DNA from: Bdellovibrionales bacterium
GTDB lineage: Bacteria > Bdellovibrionota > Bdellovibrionia > Bdellovibrionales > UBA1609
Length of the DNA stretch: 64,000 nucleotides
NCBI GenBank assembly: GCA_965200875.1
Contig: OZ241456.1
Coordinates: forward strand, 992,001-1,056,000
Reading direction: 5' to 3'
The notes below the pieces were generated by a model, which saw only the letters and a program-made list of their open reading frames with translations, made no database searches and was not told where the DNA came from. Shown here one piece after another: positions 48,748 through 59,114 of this stretch; the stretch's first letter is position 1; each line of letters begins with the position of its first letter. The translations under genes and the position numbers were made by a program.

Positions 48748-49302
48748 TCAACTCGGTGGTTTTCCAATCACATATTGAATGGTAATATTTTTTGCAGGGC
48801 TTGACCATTTTTTTTCCATGTCTTCCGCTTTTATGGGTTGAGGTGTAAAAATGCGTAAAGTGGGGCAATTTAAAGAGTGCCATATCCGGTAAGCCGTATT
48901 TAACCACTTGAGAGTATAAGGCAACTCCAAAATCCATAAATTGGGAAAATAAAATGAACTTTCTATCAGTATTGGGCAAGGTTGCGGTAGTTCCTTTTGA
49001 AAATCTGGTAATAAGGGTTTTATGATATTTCTCCAGTTTGAAATATTTGGTTCTGTTTGTTTTTTCTGTGTGGGTAGTTTTTTTAAATGTTCAGTTAACT
49101 CTTTATGGGTACTCTCTAGGCTGGACTGTGCTTTAGAGGAAATGGTTTTTATTTTTTGTGACTTGATTTTTTGCAGGAGAAAACCTGTATGCCAGTTTAT
49201 CTTATGGTTCCAGAAGCTATGCTTTGGATCGCTTAAGATCCACAGGTCAGCTCCACTTTTAAAGGCTTGAGAAGGGGAAATAATTTGTAAATTTTGGTTC
49301 AT
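48748..49302 (-). CDS. Hypothetical protein
   Basis: 184-aa ORF packed between nusB and PSRP. Confidence 0.65.
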   Translation of the reverse strand: MNQNLQIISPSQAFKSGADLWILSDPKHSFWNHKINWHTGFLLQKIKSQKIKTISSKAQSSLESTHKELTEHLKKLPTQKKQTEPNISNWRNIIKPLLPDFQKELPQPCPILIESSFYFPNLWILELPYTLKWLNTAYRIWHSLNCPTLRIFTPQPIKAEDMEKKWSSPAKNITIQYVIGKPPS

Positions 49303-49379
49303 TTTTTCTCTTTGTTGCTTTTTTGAACAAGTAATTCGTTATAGCTTTACTGGTAACCGGAGTGTTGTATTTACTTCTT

Positions 49380-49790
49380 TTAGCCAAGCTCCTTTGTGTT
49401 TTTAGATATTGTGTCCAAGTTTCCATTTATAAATTTTGAAGAATTTTCTGTGCCGTAAGTTTTAGCCATTTTCAAAGCTTCGTCAATACATACTTTAAAC
49501 GGGACGGGGTGAGTAGAGTAGAGCATTTCATAAACAGCTATTCTCATAATGTTTAAATCTATCAGGGAAATTCTTTCCATTGTCCAGAATTGACTGGTTT
49601 CCCTGATGAGGCTATCGATTTTTTTTTGATGCGTCTTTATTCCCTTCAATAAGCTTTGGGCGTAATTTTGTGCGGTTTCATTTATGTCAGAAGGATTGAG
49701 GCTCTCTGTATTTAAGTTTTTGTTGAACTCCTGCTCAAAAAGTATTTTTAGTGCCAGCTCTCGTGCTTTGCTTCTTTCTTTTTGTTTCAT
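49380..49790 (-). CDS. nusB: Transcription antitermination factor NusB
   Basis: RSKARELALKILF, WTMERISLIDLNIMRIAVYEM, FINGNLD. Confidence 0.93.
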   Translation of the reverse strand: MKQKERSKARELALKILFEQEFNKNLNTESLNPSDINETAQNYAQSLLKGIKTHQKKIDSLIRETSQFWTMERISLIDLNIMRIAVYEMLYSTHPVPFKVCIDEALKMAKTYGTENSSKFINGNLDTISKNTKELG

Positions 49791-49851
49791 TTTACATGTC
49801 CTGCTTTTCAACATATTCAGAGGTTAGTGTATCCTTTTTGGTTTGGAGGTT

Positions 49852-50526
49852 TTAAAGATGATTATCCAGACCCAGATGTACTACAAGGCCAGATCGAAAT
49901 TGTTGTTTTAAATGCGCTTTGGCACCCCATTGAAGATAAAGTCGGTGAGCACCGGCTTTAGGACCAATAATATGTGTAAATAAAAGTCGCATTTCCAAGG
50001 CTAATTTTTCTGCTTTAAAGGAAAAATTAAAAGGAAAAGATATCCCAGCTAAAAATTCAACATGAAAGAGGCTTAAGTCGTGACTTGTGGGGTATCTGAC
50101 TCCTGCCAAAGTATGTATCCTAGTCCTATAGTGTTGTTTAAAAATGGATTCATAGTGCAGGGAAAAAATAATCGGAATTTTTGTGTTGCCCCATTTTTCT
50201 TTTCGGTAATTTATGTAAGCGGTAAAAGGGTAGGCGGTTGTTTCAAAAGGATAAAAAGATTCAATCAGAGTCACGGCTATTCCCAAATCCAAATAGTGAC
50301 GAAGGGGTCTTTGTCGCTCTGTAAAATATTTTTGAGCGGATTTGTAATAATTTGTTTTAGCCAACAAAATGTTGTTTCCATTTTGATTAGCCTTGGCAGA
50401 AAGATTTTGGTAATAATTTGTTTTGTGGATTTGTGGAAAGGACTGGCTTTCCGCGCCAGTGCTGTAAAAACTGAGCACCAAGCTCAGTGAAACAAATAAA
50501 AATAAAGAATATTTTATGTGAATCAT
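49852..50526 (-). CDS. Secreted/outer-membrane hypothetical protein
   Basis: Signal peptide; beta-strand-like C-terminal half. Confidence 0.6.
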   Translation of the reverse strand: MIHIKYSLFLFVSLSLVLSFYSTGAESQSFPQIHKTNYYQNLSAKANQNGNNILLAKTNYYKSAQKYFTERQRPLRHYLDLGIAVTLIESFYPFETTAYPFTAYINYRKEKWGNTKIPIIFSLHYESIFKQHYRTRIHTLAGVRYPTSHDLSLFHVEFLAGISFPFNFSFKAEKLALEMRLLFTHIIGPKAGAHRLYLQWGAKAHLKQQFRSGLVVHLGLDNHL

Positions 50527-50750
50527 TTTTTATTTTTATACTGCTTTTAAAACATAAGCAACCAATATCAATAAATTGATTGGCTGAATTGGTAGCTCGT
50601 GATAAAGGTGTTTTGTATGGAAAAACTGAAAGACCTGTACTGGGGACTTCAAGTGCAATTATTTTCTAAACTTTTTATGAAAAAATTAAGTAATAACAGT
50701 ATGTTAACAGATTTTTCCTGCCCGACTGACTGCTGTTAAGGATTGTCATT

Positions 50751-52022
50751 TTGGAAACAAAAAAATATGAATCTTTTTATACAATGTATGGAAAAAAACT
50801 GTATGAGCAATACCCCTCTGTTGCCCAGTTCAATCTCCAGAGAAATGTATTTGAATGTTCCGGGGTTTCAAAATATTCATCTTCTGAAAAAAATAAGAAA
50901 ACATCCGTGTTTTTGGAAAAAACGGGCATAAATCTCCCGCCCATTTCACCTTTTTTGATAGCTCTTTCACAAAATACAGTGAATCAAATAAGTGACTTGG
51001 TAAAGATACTTTATAAAATTTCACATCTCAAAAGCTATGCGCGAAATATTCAGACAGAAAATAGTTTTTATTTAAAAGAACCAGATTTAGATTCCTCTCT
51101 TTTAATGTCTTATGATTTTCATTTGGATCAGACAAGACAATTAAAGCTGATAGAAGTCAATACTCACTCTTCAGGTTATCTGGTGTCTGATTTAGTTGAT
51201 CAGGTGCAGGGAGTAGGTTATCTGACCACGCTGTTGCGTTTAAGAAAGTCTTTTGAAAACGAGTGGAGACTTTTTTCAAATCAGAAAATTCCTCCTTCGG
51301 AAATTTTAATCGTGGATCATCAGATCACAACTCAAAAAATGTATATTGAATTTTTAATGTACAAAGATCTTTTGAATAGCTGGGGTTGGCCCTGTCGCTT
51401 GCAGGAAATAGAAAGTTTGAATATCAACTCTAAAGGTGAATTGGTGGACTCTCACCAAAAACCTGTGAAAATGCTTTATAACCGCTCTACAGATTTTTAT
51501 TTTGAAAACCTGCCTTGTTTAAAACAAGCTTTTTTAAATCAAATATGTTGTATTTCCCCTCACCCTAAAGAGTATCTTTTATTGGCGGATAAAGCGCGTC
51601 TTTGTGAATGGTCGTCTGAGGAGTTTTTAAACCAGTTAAATCTCAGTTCTGAGGAAAAAACGCGAATACAAAGTGCAGTTCCTTTTACGGCTCTTATCAA
51701 TTCTGTTCCTGTAGAAGAACTGTGGAAAAAAAGAAAAAAATTATTTTTTAAGCCTTTGCGAGGGTATGGGGGAAAATCTGTGTATAGGGGAAAAAGCATT
51801 TCACGGAAAGTGTTTGATCGTGTGACAAAAGAACCGGGAGTGTTTCAGGAAATAGTACCTCCGGCGGTTTTCATTGATCCTTCTGGTGAGGAATGGAAGT
51901 ATGACATTCGGGCATACGTTTATAAGGATCAGGTTCAGAAATTATCAGCCAGAGTGTATAAAGGTCAGCTTACTCAGTTTCAAACACCTTTTTCCGGGTT
52001 CGCCTCGGTTGTTGTTTCATAA
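50751..52022 (+). CDS. ATP-grasp-like amide ligase (glutathione synthetase/GSP-synthase-like); start uncertain
   Basis: YDFHL...KLIEVNT, LYNRSTDF, FFKPLRGYGGK, QEIVPP, KYDIRAYVY. Confidence 0.7.
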   Translation: METKKYESFYTMYGKKLYEQYPSVAQFNLQRNVFECSGVSKYSSSEKNKKTSVFLEKTGINLPPISPFLIALSQNTVNQISDLVKILYKISHLKSYARNIQTENSFYLKEPDLDSSLLMSYDFHLDQTRQLKLIEVNTHSSGYLVSDLVDQVQGVGYLTTLLRLRKSFENEWRLFSNQKIPPSEILIVDHQITTQKMYIEFLMYKDLLNSWGWPCRLQEIESLNINSKGELVDSHQKPVKMLYNRSTDFYFENLPCLKQAFLNQICCISPHPKEYLLLADKARLCEWSSEEFLNQLNLSSEEKTRIQSAVPFTALINSVPVEELWKKRKKLFFKPLRGYGGKSVYRGKSISRKVFDRVTKEPGVFQEIVPPAVFIDPSGEEWKYDIRAYVYKDQVQKLSARVYKGQLTQFQTPFSGFASVVVS

Positions 52023-52202
52023 GAAAATACTATCCAAACAAAAAATAATGTTTCTAACCTAAGGTGAACTATCAGTGGCTTTTAGTATCTTTTGTAAAAT
52101 GTGTACATTTTCTGGTCAGCATTCTTCATTTTGTAATATCTATTTGACTTTTAAACTCATAGTGTTATATTCATTTTTTAATTCAAACAAAGTAGATAAA
52201 TA

Positions 52203-52427
52203 ATGGTAAAGCGAGTTGGTATAACCCATGATGTTGAGGAAAGGAAAGCATATTGGAAGTTAAAATATCCATACATGACAGATTGGAAAATTAGATACAG
52301 TGGCTTAACTTATGAAAAGGCTCAAGAGATTGAAAAATATTATATTGACAAAAAGAGATATAAAGGCGGTTTAGGTGGAGAAAAAAAGTATGGCGAGAAG
52401 TATAGTGTTTATATATTCTCTTATTAA
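52203..52427 (+). CDS. Small hypothetical protein, GIY-YIG-like
   Basis: RVGITHDVEERK...EKAQEIEK resembles the GIY-YIG core. Confidence 0.55.
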   Translation: MVKRVGITHDVEERKAYWKLKYPYMTDWKIRYSGLTYEKAQEIEKYYIDKKRYKGGLGGEKKYGEKYSVYIFSY

Positions 52428-52493
52428 AGATTAAAATCCTTGGTGGTGGTTACTCCTATAGCCATCTCCTTTAATCAAGAAAGAAAGTGAGTT

Positions 52494-52748
52494 ATGGATA
52501 AATATTATAAGTATTTTTTTGATTTTACTGCATCTTCTGAATCCAAAGCAGATGATATTAGGAAAAAATATGACCCTTACATTCCTATCCATAATATGGG
52601 AAGGATAGTGTCTTTTGAAATAAAAGAAAAAGATACAAAAATAGCTCGAAATCGCACAAGTGATATAAAAAACCAGTTAAAAGCTCTTGATAAAGCTGGT
52701 GTTATTGATGCTCCGGTTACAAATGTTACAGAGGAATATGAGGATTAG
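52494..52748 (+). CDS. Hypothetical protein
   Basis: 84-aa ATG ORF co-oriented with its neighbours. Confidence 0.5.
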   Translation: MDKYYKYFFDFTASSESKADDIRKKYDPYIPIHNMGRIVSFEIKEKDTKIARNRTSDIKNQLKALDKAGVIDAPVTNVTEEYED

Positions 52749-52972
52749 TATCCTTTTCAAATATGCGCGTTTTCACTGCGTGTGTCTTTCAGTTGCGTGG
52801 CGTGCTCAAAGTCGCCTCTCGTGTCAGGTGCTACCTCGTCGCGTGGTGGGTATGAGCAATAAGACTTTTACATTCTTCATTTAAAACCTTGCAATTATAA
52901 AAATCCCTGTTCATTATTCAGAAACTATGGTGTAAAAATGTGAAACAACATAACAAAGAGGAGGGTAACTTT

Positions 52973-54055
52973 ATGACGAAACAACCAGTCAAAGTTCAAA
53001 AAAAATTATTGAAAAAATCAAAGGCGAAAAAAATAATAGCAGTGTCGGCAGGCAAGACTTTGGATAATCTGCACGATAGATTCTTTAAAAGATTTTTTTC
53101 AGAAATTGCATTTGCCAAAGAGATCTTTAAACTGGTCTTATCTCCAGAAGAATTTTCAGCCTGCGACTGGGATACTTTAAAAGTGGAAAAAGACAGTTTA
53201 AAAGATAAAAGGGCAGACTTGGTTTTTACAGTCGCTCTTAAAGACAACCCTTCTGCCAAGTTTCAGTTCTGTATCCTTCTGGAACACAAGTCCTCTTACA
53301 ATAAAAACCTCTTCCGGCAGGTTTTATCCTATCAGACTCTTCTCTATGAACGGAAGTCAGACAACATTATAGCTGTTATTCCCATTGTGTTTTATCATGG
53401 AAAAAAGCCTTGGAGCTGGCCTATTTCTTTTCAGGAAGCAATTTTTGGACCGTTTTTTAATAAAATTCCTGTTTCCTTTCGTAAAAGTATGTTAGATTAC
53501 AAGTTGAAATTGCTGGACACCCATGATCCACAAGTTCAAAAAGCTTTAAAGGATCCAAACATTCAAAGCCGTGGAGCATTAGCATTGTTAAGCAAGATAT
53601 GGTTTTTAAAGAAGAGTGTGCCGGAGTTATTGGAGTTTGTGTCTGCGTTTTCAGGTTTTTCGGGAAAGCGAGAGGATTTGATATTAAGTGCAGTGGATTA
53701 TTTGAAGTCAGCGGGTGGAGTGAGTGTTGAATTATGGAAAAGAGTTGAGCATTTGGCAATAGAAAGAAGTTTATTAAAAAGAGGAGGTTATATGGACATA
53801 AGAGAAGAGATTAAATTAGTGGGCATACAAGAAGGCATGCAAAAAGGTCTAAGAGAAGGTATACAAAAAGGTATACAAGAAGGTATGCAAAAAGGTCGTC
53901 AGGAAGGTCGTCAGGAAGGCCGTCAGGAAGGTCGTCAGGAAGGTCGTCAGGAAGTGGTACTTAATATGCTAAAAAACAAATTAAAGCTTTCTTTTATTTC
54001 TGAGATGACAGGTCTTTCTGAAGAGGAGATCAAAAAACTGAAAAACAGTTCTTGA
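52973..54055 (+). CDS. Rpn/YhgA-family PD-(D/E)XK nuclease, copy 3 (diverged paralog)
   Basis: LHDRFFK, RADLVF, ILLEHKS, VFYHG, (GRQE)n, TGLSEEEIKKL; GAGGAGG before ATG 52973. Confidence 0.92.
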   Translation: MTKQPVKVQKKLLKKSKAKKIIAVSAGKTLDNLHDRFFKRFFSEIAFAKEIFKLVLSPEEFSACDWDTLKVEKDSLKDKRADLVFTVALKDNPSAKFQFCILLEHKSSYNKNLFRQVLSYQTLLYERKSDNIIAVIPIVFYHGKKPWSWPISFQEAIFGPFFNKIPVSFRKSMLDYKLKLLDTHDPQVQKALKDPNIQSRGALALLSKIWFLKKSVPELLEFVSAFSGFSGKREDLILSAVDYLKSAGGVSVELWKRVEHLAIERSLLKRGGYMDIREEIKLVGIQEGMQKGLREGIQKGIQEGMQKGRQEGRQEGRQEGRQEGRQEVVLNMLKNKLKLSFISEMTGLSEEEIKKLKNSS

Positions 54056-54226
54056 TTTTGATATTTCATTTTCTTTTTGAAAAAAAAAGAGTTGTTGGAG
54101 TTTGTGTCTGCGTTTTCAGCTTTTGCTCCTTACAATTATTTTCCAGGGAAATTATAAAAAAATTAAGTAATAGCAGGTACATTAACAGATTTTTCACGGG
54201 GGATTATATAATATATATTTGAGCTT

Positions 54227-54889
54227 ATGTCAGAATCTTCTTACCAGCTAGTGGCAAAATTTTTTATTTATTATATCCCCTTGCTTTTTTCGCTTTGTGT
54301 GCATGAGTGGGCACATGCTTGGGTGGCTACCCTCAAAGGGGACAACTTGGCTCGGGATCAAGGCCGACTGAGTTTAAATCCTTTGGTGCATGCAGATATT
54401 TTAGGCACTGTTATTTTACCGCTTATGTCCATTTTTACCGGTTTACCGGTTTTTGGTTGGGCCAAGCCTGTGCCTGTTGATCCTTCTGTTCTTAAACATC
54501 CAAAAAATGATATGTTTTGGATTGCGCTTGCAGGGCCTTTATCCAATTTTTGTTTATCTTTGGCAGGGACGATTCTTTTGGCAGTGTTATATTTGTTTGT
54601 TGGCATTTTATCCAATTTCTACATGACAGTATTAGGCACTACATTAGAAGCCTTTATTTATATCAATCTTTTACTGTGTTTTTTTAATTTAATACCTCTT
54701 CATCCTTTGGATGGAGGAAAAGTGCTGGCCCGGTTTTTACCAGTAGAATGGAATTGGCGACTGGAACAGTGGGAAACTTACACTTTTTTTATTTTAATTG
54801 CCCTTTTTGTTACGGGTGTGTTCAGCTACTTGGTATTTCCAGCGCATTGGCTTTCTGCTCAGTTAATTTTCCTAGCAAAAAATATTTAG
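54227..54889 (+). CDS. Site-2 protease (peptidase M50)
   Basis: HEWAH, LSLNPL, GWAKPVP, AGPLSN, FNLIPLHPLDGG. Confidence 0.93.
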   Translation: MSESSYQLVAKFFIYYIPLLFSLCVHEWAHAWVATLKGDNLARDQGRLSLNPLVHADILGTVILPLMSIFTGLPVFGWAKPVPVDPSVLKHPKNDMFWIALAGPLSNFCLSLAGTILLAVLYLFVGILSNFYMTVLGTTLEAFIYINLLLCFFNLIPLHPLDGGKVLARFLPVEWNWRLEQWETYTFFILIALFVTGVFSYLVFPAHWLSAQLIFLAKNI

Positions 54890-54971
54890 ATTAAAGATGA
54901 TACCCAATGAAAAATATATTCTACAGCCGTATTTGTGTTTCGCAGTCGAAAAGCTTCAACCTTAACAGGGA

Positions 54972-56072
54972 TTATGTGATCTTTATTTGCTGAAGAAAAG
55001 AAATGGCTTTTTCATTTTCAGAGGGTAATCCCACACTAATCCTTAAAAAATTTTCTAGGCCAGGTTCTTTTATCGGGCGTAAAATAAGCCCTTTTTCTAG
55101 AAGATCTGAAAAAACAGATGATAATCCTGTTGAAAATAACAAAAAATTAGCTTGGGAAGGATAAAACTCCAACCCCATCTTCTCAAATTCATGATAAAAA
55201 TAATCCAAACCTTTCCATACCAAGTGCTTTGAGTCCGATATGTATTGCTTAAAGTCAGAATGAGACAGACAATAAGACACTGCTTGTAAAGCCAAAGCAT
55301 TTATATTAAATGGGCAAATGACTTTTTTCATAATTTCTGTTATTGAAGGTCGTGCCAACATAACCCCCGCTCTCAAACCCGCAATACCCATAACTTTACT
55401 CATGGATCTTAGCAGAACCAAATGCGGAAATTTGTGCAATAAAGAAACTCCATTTGGAAAATCTTTGGCACGGATGTATTCTAAATAAGCTTCATCCAAA
55501 ATAACAAGTACTTTTTGATTCTCTGTTTCAGAAAGCAAAGTTTCCAATTCTGAGTGAGTTATATACGAACCAGTTGGATTATTTGGATTGCTGATAAATA
55601 TCAGTCGAATATCTTGATTCTTTTGTAATATGGACAGTATATTTTTGACACTGACTTTGAGGTTTTTTTCCATCTTTGCTTTATGTACACGCAAACGATG
55701 TGTTTGAGCACATAAAGCATAAAGGGGGAAAGAATGTTTCGAAATTAAAATAGAAGTATCAGGTTCTCCATAAATTTGCATAAGTTTATCAATTAATTCA
55801 CTGGAACCGTTGCCTAAAATGACATAATCCGGCTCCACTTGATAATATTGGCTGGCGGACTTAACAGCAGGGCGAAGATATGTCGGATAGCGGTTAATGG
55901 TTTTTAACTTCTCCCGTAAAACATTTAAAAGACTTTCAGGAGGAGGCAAAGGATTTTCATTACTGGCCATTTTATACACAGTCTTTAGAGAGTATTTTTT
56001 TTTGATTTCTTCAACAGATAAACCAGGTTTATAAGTGGTTGCTGTCTTAAACCAGTGAGAAGTGTTTATCAT
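54972..56072 (-). CDS. hisC: Histidinol-phosphate aminotransferase (class II PLP)
   Basis: KMASNENP, GNGSSELI, SNPNNPTG, LDEAY, RSMSKVMGIAGLRAG. Confidence 0.88.
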   Translation of the reverse strand: MINTSHWFKTATTYKPGLSVEEIKKKYSLKTVYKMASNENPLPPPESLLNVLREKLKTINRYPTYLRPAVKSASQYYQVEPDYVILGNGSSELIDKLMQIYGEPDTSILISKHSFPLYALCAQTHRLRVHKAKMEKNLKVSVKNILSILQKNQDIRLIFISNPNNPTGSYITHSELETLLSETENQKVLVILDEAYLEYIRAKDFPNGVSLLHKFPHLVLLRSMSKVMGIAGLRAGVMLARPSITEIMKKVICPFNINALALQAVSYCLSHSDFKQYISDSKHLVWKGLDYFYHEFEKMGLEFYPSQANFLLFSTGLSSVFSDLLEKGLILRPIKEPGLENFLRISVGLPSENEKAISFLQQIKIT

Positions 56073-56134
56073 TATTTTCAAGTTCCTTTATTACACAGAT
56101 AACACCAAAAATCTGCCCACCAGAAGAGAAAAAG

Positions 56135-56209
56135 TGGATGGGGTGGTAGGATTCGAACCTACGCATGACAGGACCAAAACCTGTTGGCTTACCACTTGCC
56201 GACACCCCA
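56135..56209 (-). tRNA. tRNA-Gln(TTG) with encoded CCA
   Basis: Reverse complement TGGGGTGTCGGCAAGTGGTAAGCCAACAGG-TT-TTG-GT-CCTGT...GGTTCGAATCC...CACCCCATCCA. Confidence 0.95.
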
Positions 56210-56283
56210 TCAAAAATTGCAAACACCATGAATGGACATTAAAATTGATTTAGCTTAAGAATATCTGTGATTTTTAAAAAAAA

Positions 56284-56592
56284 TCAAGTGTTTTTCAGAA
56301 CTGTGCCCACTTCTGATTTGAACTGATCGGATTTGTACGGATTTAATTTTTCCTTATATTTGTCAAAAACAGCTTTTTGGATCATAAGTCTGGTCTTTTG
56401 GTCTAAAGGATGGGCAATATCACGAAATGTATCTTTATGTTTCTTGCTTGGCATGGCAATAAACAACTTATCATCTGTACGTATGATTTTTAAGTCATTT
56501 ATTATAAAGCAATTATCAAAGATAATGCTGGCGTATGCCTTCAGCCGTTCTTCATTAGGAACAATAATGATTTTTACCTCTGTGATTTTCAT
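56284..56592 (-). CDS. spoVG: SpoVG-family regulator
   Basis: MKITEVKI, LKAYASIIFDNCFII, LFIAMPS, FRDIAHP. Confidence 0.92.
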   Translation of the reverse strand: MKITEVKIIIVPNEERLKAYASIIFDNCFIINDLKIIRTDDKLFIAMPSKKHKDTFRDIAHPLDQKTRLMIQKAVFDKYKEKLNPYKSDQFKSEVGTVLKNT

Positions 56593-56792
56593 TTTTGCGT
56601 TCCTTGATGATAATTTCATTTATTAAGACATTTTTAACCTTCATTTTAACTTATCGGAAAAAAAATTGCAAAGTTTTAGTTTTTTTTATGCAGTTAATCT
56701 TCGGTGAGAGAAGCTCTCTTACCGATACTTAACCTTAAGGCGAGGCAGAACCTGCCCTGAGGTTCAGTTTTTCAGGGAGGAAGGCAAAAACC

Positions 56793-58154
56793 TCATATAT
56801 GGCTTGTACGGGTTTGTTGAAAAGAATAAATATTGTCCAGGTTTAATAACCCACTAAGTTCATCTAAGGCTGTTTGGCTTTCTGTTATCAGGAGAGGATC
56901 CATAAGATCGTTTGGTTCAAGGTGATCACGATAATGTTTTTCAATCCAGGTTTTAATCTGTTCATACAAATTCTGATTTAAACAAATCCCTTTGTGGATA
57001 GCTTCTTCCTCTTCAGAGTTGAGCGTAACTCTCAGTCTCAGACAGGCAGGCCCGCCTCCATTTTGCATACTTTGCCGAATAGGAATAAAATATACTTCAT
57101 AAATCCCTGTATTGTTAATCAGAGACTCCAGATATTCCTTAACAACAGGGTTCTTTTCGCACTCCTTGGGTGCCAATAACATCCATTTGTTTTTTCCTGT
57201 TGGAAGTAGCTGGGAATTAAATAAATAAGAAGACACACATTCATTTAAAGAAATATCCTTATTTTGAACAGGAATTTCCATTAAAGGTGTAGGGGATAAC
57301 TTGTCTTTTATTTCTTCCAGAACTTTTTTTGTGTTCGTAAAAGCCAGTTCATGGTAAAAAATAAGATTTTGATCTGCAACACAAATAACATCATTATGAA
57401 ACACTCCAGTATCAATGGCAGAAGGGTTTTGCTCAGCTATAATGGTTTTCTGAGGTTTTAATTTATGTTGAAAAATGATTATTTCTGAAGCAAATCGGCT
57501 TTGCCTGGGATAAAACTTTTTAGGAGTGTGTTGTTGGGTGGTGGAAAAACCGTTATGGCCATACACAAACACCTCTACCCCTTCTGTACCATAATCTGCG
57601 CAAAGACGATTGTGGTTTGCCGCCCCTTCATCTGATAAAGCAGGGGAAGGGGGCAAAGGAGGATGATGTACAAAATAAGCGGAATTGAAAAATATTTTTT
57701 TGAGTATATGACCAGTTTGTTTTGACTCCAAAGCGCGATGGAGAAAAGATTGCAGGTTAGCAGGAGTAAAATGCACTTTATTATCCTGTGTATCAGCACT
57801 AGGTGAAACTGTAGCACTGTTAGCACTCCACATGCTGGAGGAGGAATAACAGCTGGCCAGCAAAACCGGAGATATTTTTTCAGCAGATTGAATGAGGTTT
57901 TTTTCCGGCCCGGTGAACCCCAAACTTCTTAAAAAATGTAGAGCAGGTCGCTCTTGGGGAGGCAAAAGAGCTTGTTTGAAGCCTTTATCCATGAGAAATT
58001 TCATTTTTTCCAGACCTTCCAGAGCGGCTTGCTTTGGATGAGATATTTTATATTTGTTTTTCATGGAGGCTCTGTTGCCAACAGAAAGCCCTGCGTAGTT
58101 GTGAGTAGGGCCTATTAGCCCATCAAAGTTATATTCCTGTGTTTTTAGTTTCAT
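56793..58154 (-). CDS. astB: N-succinylarginine dihydrolase
   Basis: EYNFDGLIGPTHNYAGLS, SSSMWSANSATVSPS, DEGAANH, GVFHNDVI, SMQNGGGPACLRLRV. Confidence 0.96.
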   Translation of the reverse strand: MKLKTQEYNFDGLIGPTHNYAGLSVGNRASMKNKYKISHPKQAALEGLEKMKFLMDKGFKQALLPPQERPALHFLRSLGFTGPEKNLIQSAEKISPVLLASCYSSSSMWSANSATVSPSADTQDNKVHFTPANLQSFLHRALESKQTGHILKKIFFNSAYFVHHPPLPPSPALSDEGAANHNRLCADYGTEGVEVFVYGHNGFSTTQQHTPKKFYPRQSRFASEIIIFQHKLKPQKTIIAEQNPSAIDTGVFHNDVICVADQNLIFYHELAFTNTKKVLEEIKDKLSPTPLMEIPVQNKDISLNECVSSYLFNSQLLPTGKNKWMLLAPKECEKNPVVKEYLESLINNTGIYEVYFIPIRQSMQNGGGPACLRLRVTLNSEEEEAIHKGICLNQNLYEQIKTWIEKHYRDHLEPNDLMDPLLITESQTALDELSGLLNLDNIYSFQQTRTSHI

Positions 58155-58159
58155 ACAGC

Positions 58160-58906
58160 TTAATAACAGGGTAGGTTTTGCAGATTTTCAAGAGGTTTTG
58201 GATCAAACACTCCATACTTTCCAGCAGGATGTCTGATCTCCTCAGCGACAATCCATATTATTATGTGAGGTTCTTTAACTTGATAGCCACTAGCGGAATT
58301 GTAACATAATTGTTGCCGTTTCTTCGGCAATTTATTGCAATAATTAATTTTTTCATTGTATTCTTTTATTCCCATTTCCTTGTTTTTAAAGACCTGTGTG
58401 CGTAAGATATTCAGCTCTTCCAAAAAATATTTTATGTCTCTTTGCCTTATGGGCAATGTTTTCCCATCATTCATAAACTTCCCTGTATAAATAATTTTTT
58501 TGTATCCTTTTCTCGAAGGAGGAAAATTTCCTGTCACCATTCTGACTATGGCCTGCCATTCTTTTACAAAATCCGGTTGACCATGATCTGTCAAATAAAT
58601 ATTCATCTGGTTTTTTTTATCACAGACGAAGCGAATTGTCATCTGAGTTTCAAAGCTTTCTGTTTTAAAAGCGGTCCATATAAACTCTCTTTGTATTGTT
58701 TGGGCGATTTTTTTTGTTGTGTTTGTGTTGCTTTTTGAATCAGCAGATGTTTTGTTTTCATAGGATATTCCTCGTGTCGTCAGGTTAAAAGTCATATATG
58801 GGGTAAATATTCTGGAAGTATATTGATCTGTGTGTTGTGGTGAAAAGCCGAGGGTTTGGTATGTGATAAATAGTATCAATACTAAAAAAAAATAACGAAT
58901 TTTCAT
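58160..58906 (-). CDS. Secreted hypothetical protein
   Basis: Signal-peptide-like start; 248 aa. Confidence 0.6.
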   Translation of the reverse strand: MKIRYFFLVLILFITYQTLGFSPQHTDQYTSRIFTPYMTFNLTTRGISYENKTSADSKSNTNTTKKIAQTIQREFIWTAFKTESFETQMTIRFVCDKKNQMNIYLTDHGQPDFVKEWQAIVRMVTGNFPPSRKGYKKIIYTGKFMNDGKTLPIRQRDIKYFLEELNILRTQVFKNKEMGIKEYNEKINYCNKLPKKRQQLCYNSASGYQVKEPHIIIWIVAEEIRHPAGKYGVFDPKPLENLQNLPCY

Positions 58907-59114
58907 ATTTTAACAGGGTGAATTGTTAATTCATTCTTTTTGACTTTTTTGTCGATTTTTATTACGGTCTTCTATCTTCTAAAATATACAAAAGAAGATG
59001 TGTTGTCAAAGATGAGACTATGTAAATTTTACATTATATTTGTTGTTTTTAATGAAAATATCTTTTTTAAAGGTCTCTGGTTGTTTGGAATCATAACTAC
59101 ATATATAATACATT

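Noticed and set aside
48746..48979. N-terminal extension of PSRP in the ORF track
   Set aside because: It overlaps the upstream gene; the family motif starts at ATG 48745.
52750..52870. Integron attC site after the small ORFs
   Set aside because: No clear RYYYAAC/GTTRRRY boxes and no integron integrase.
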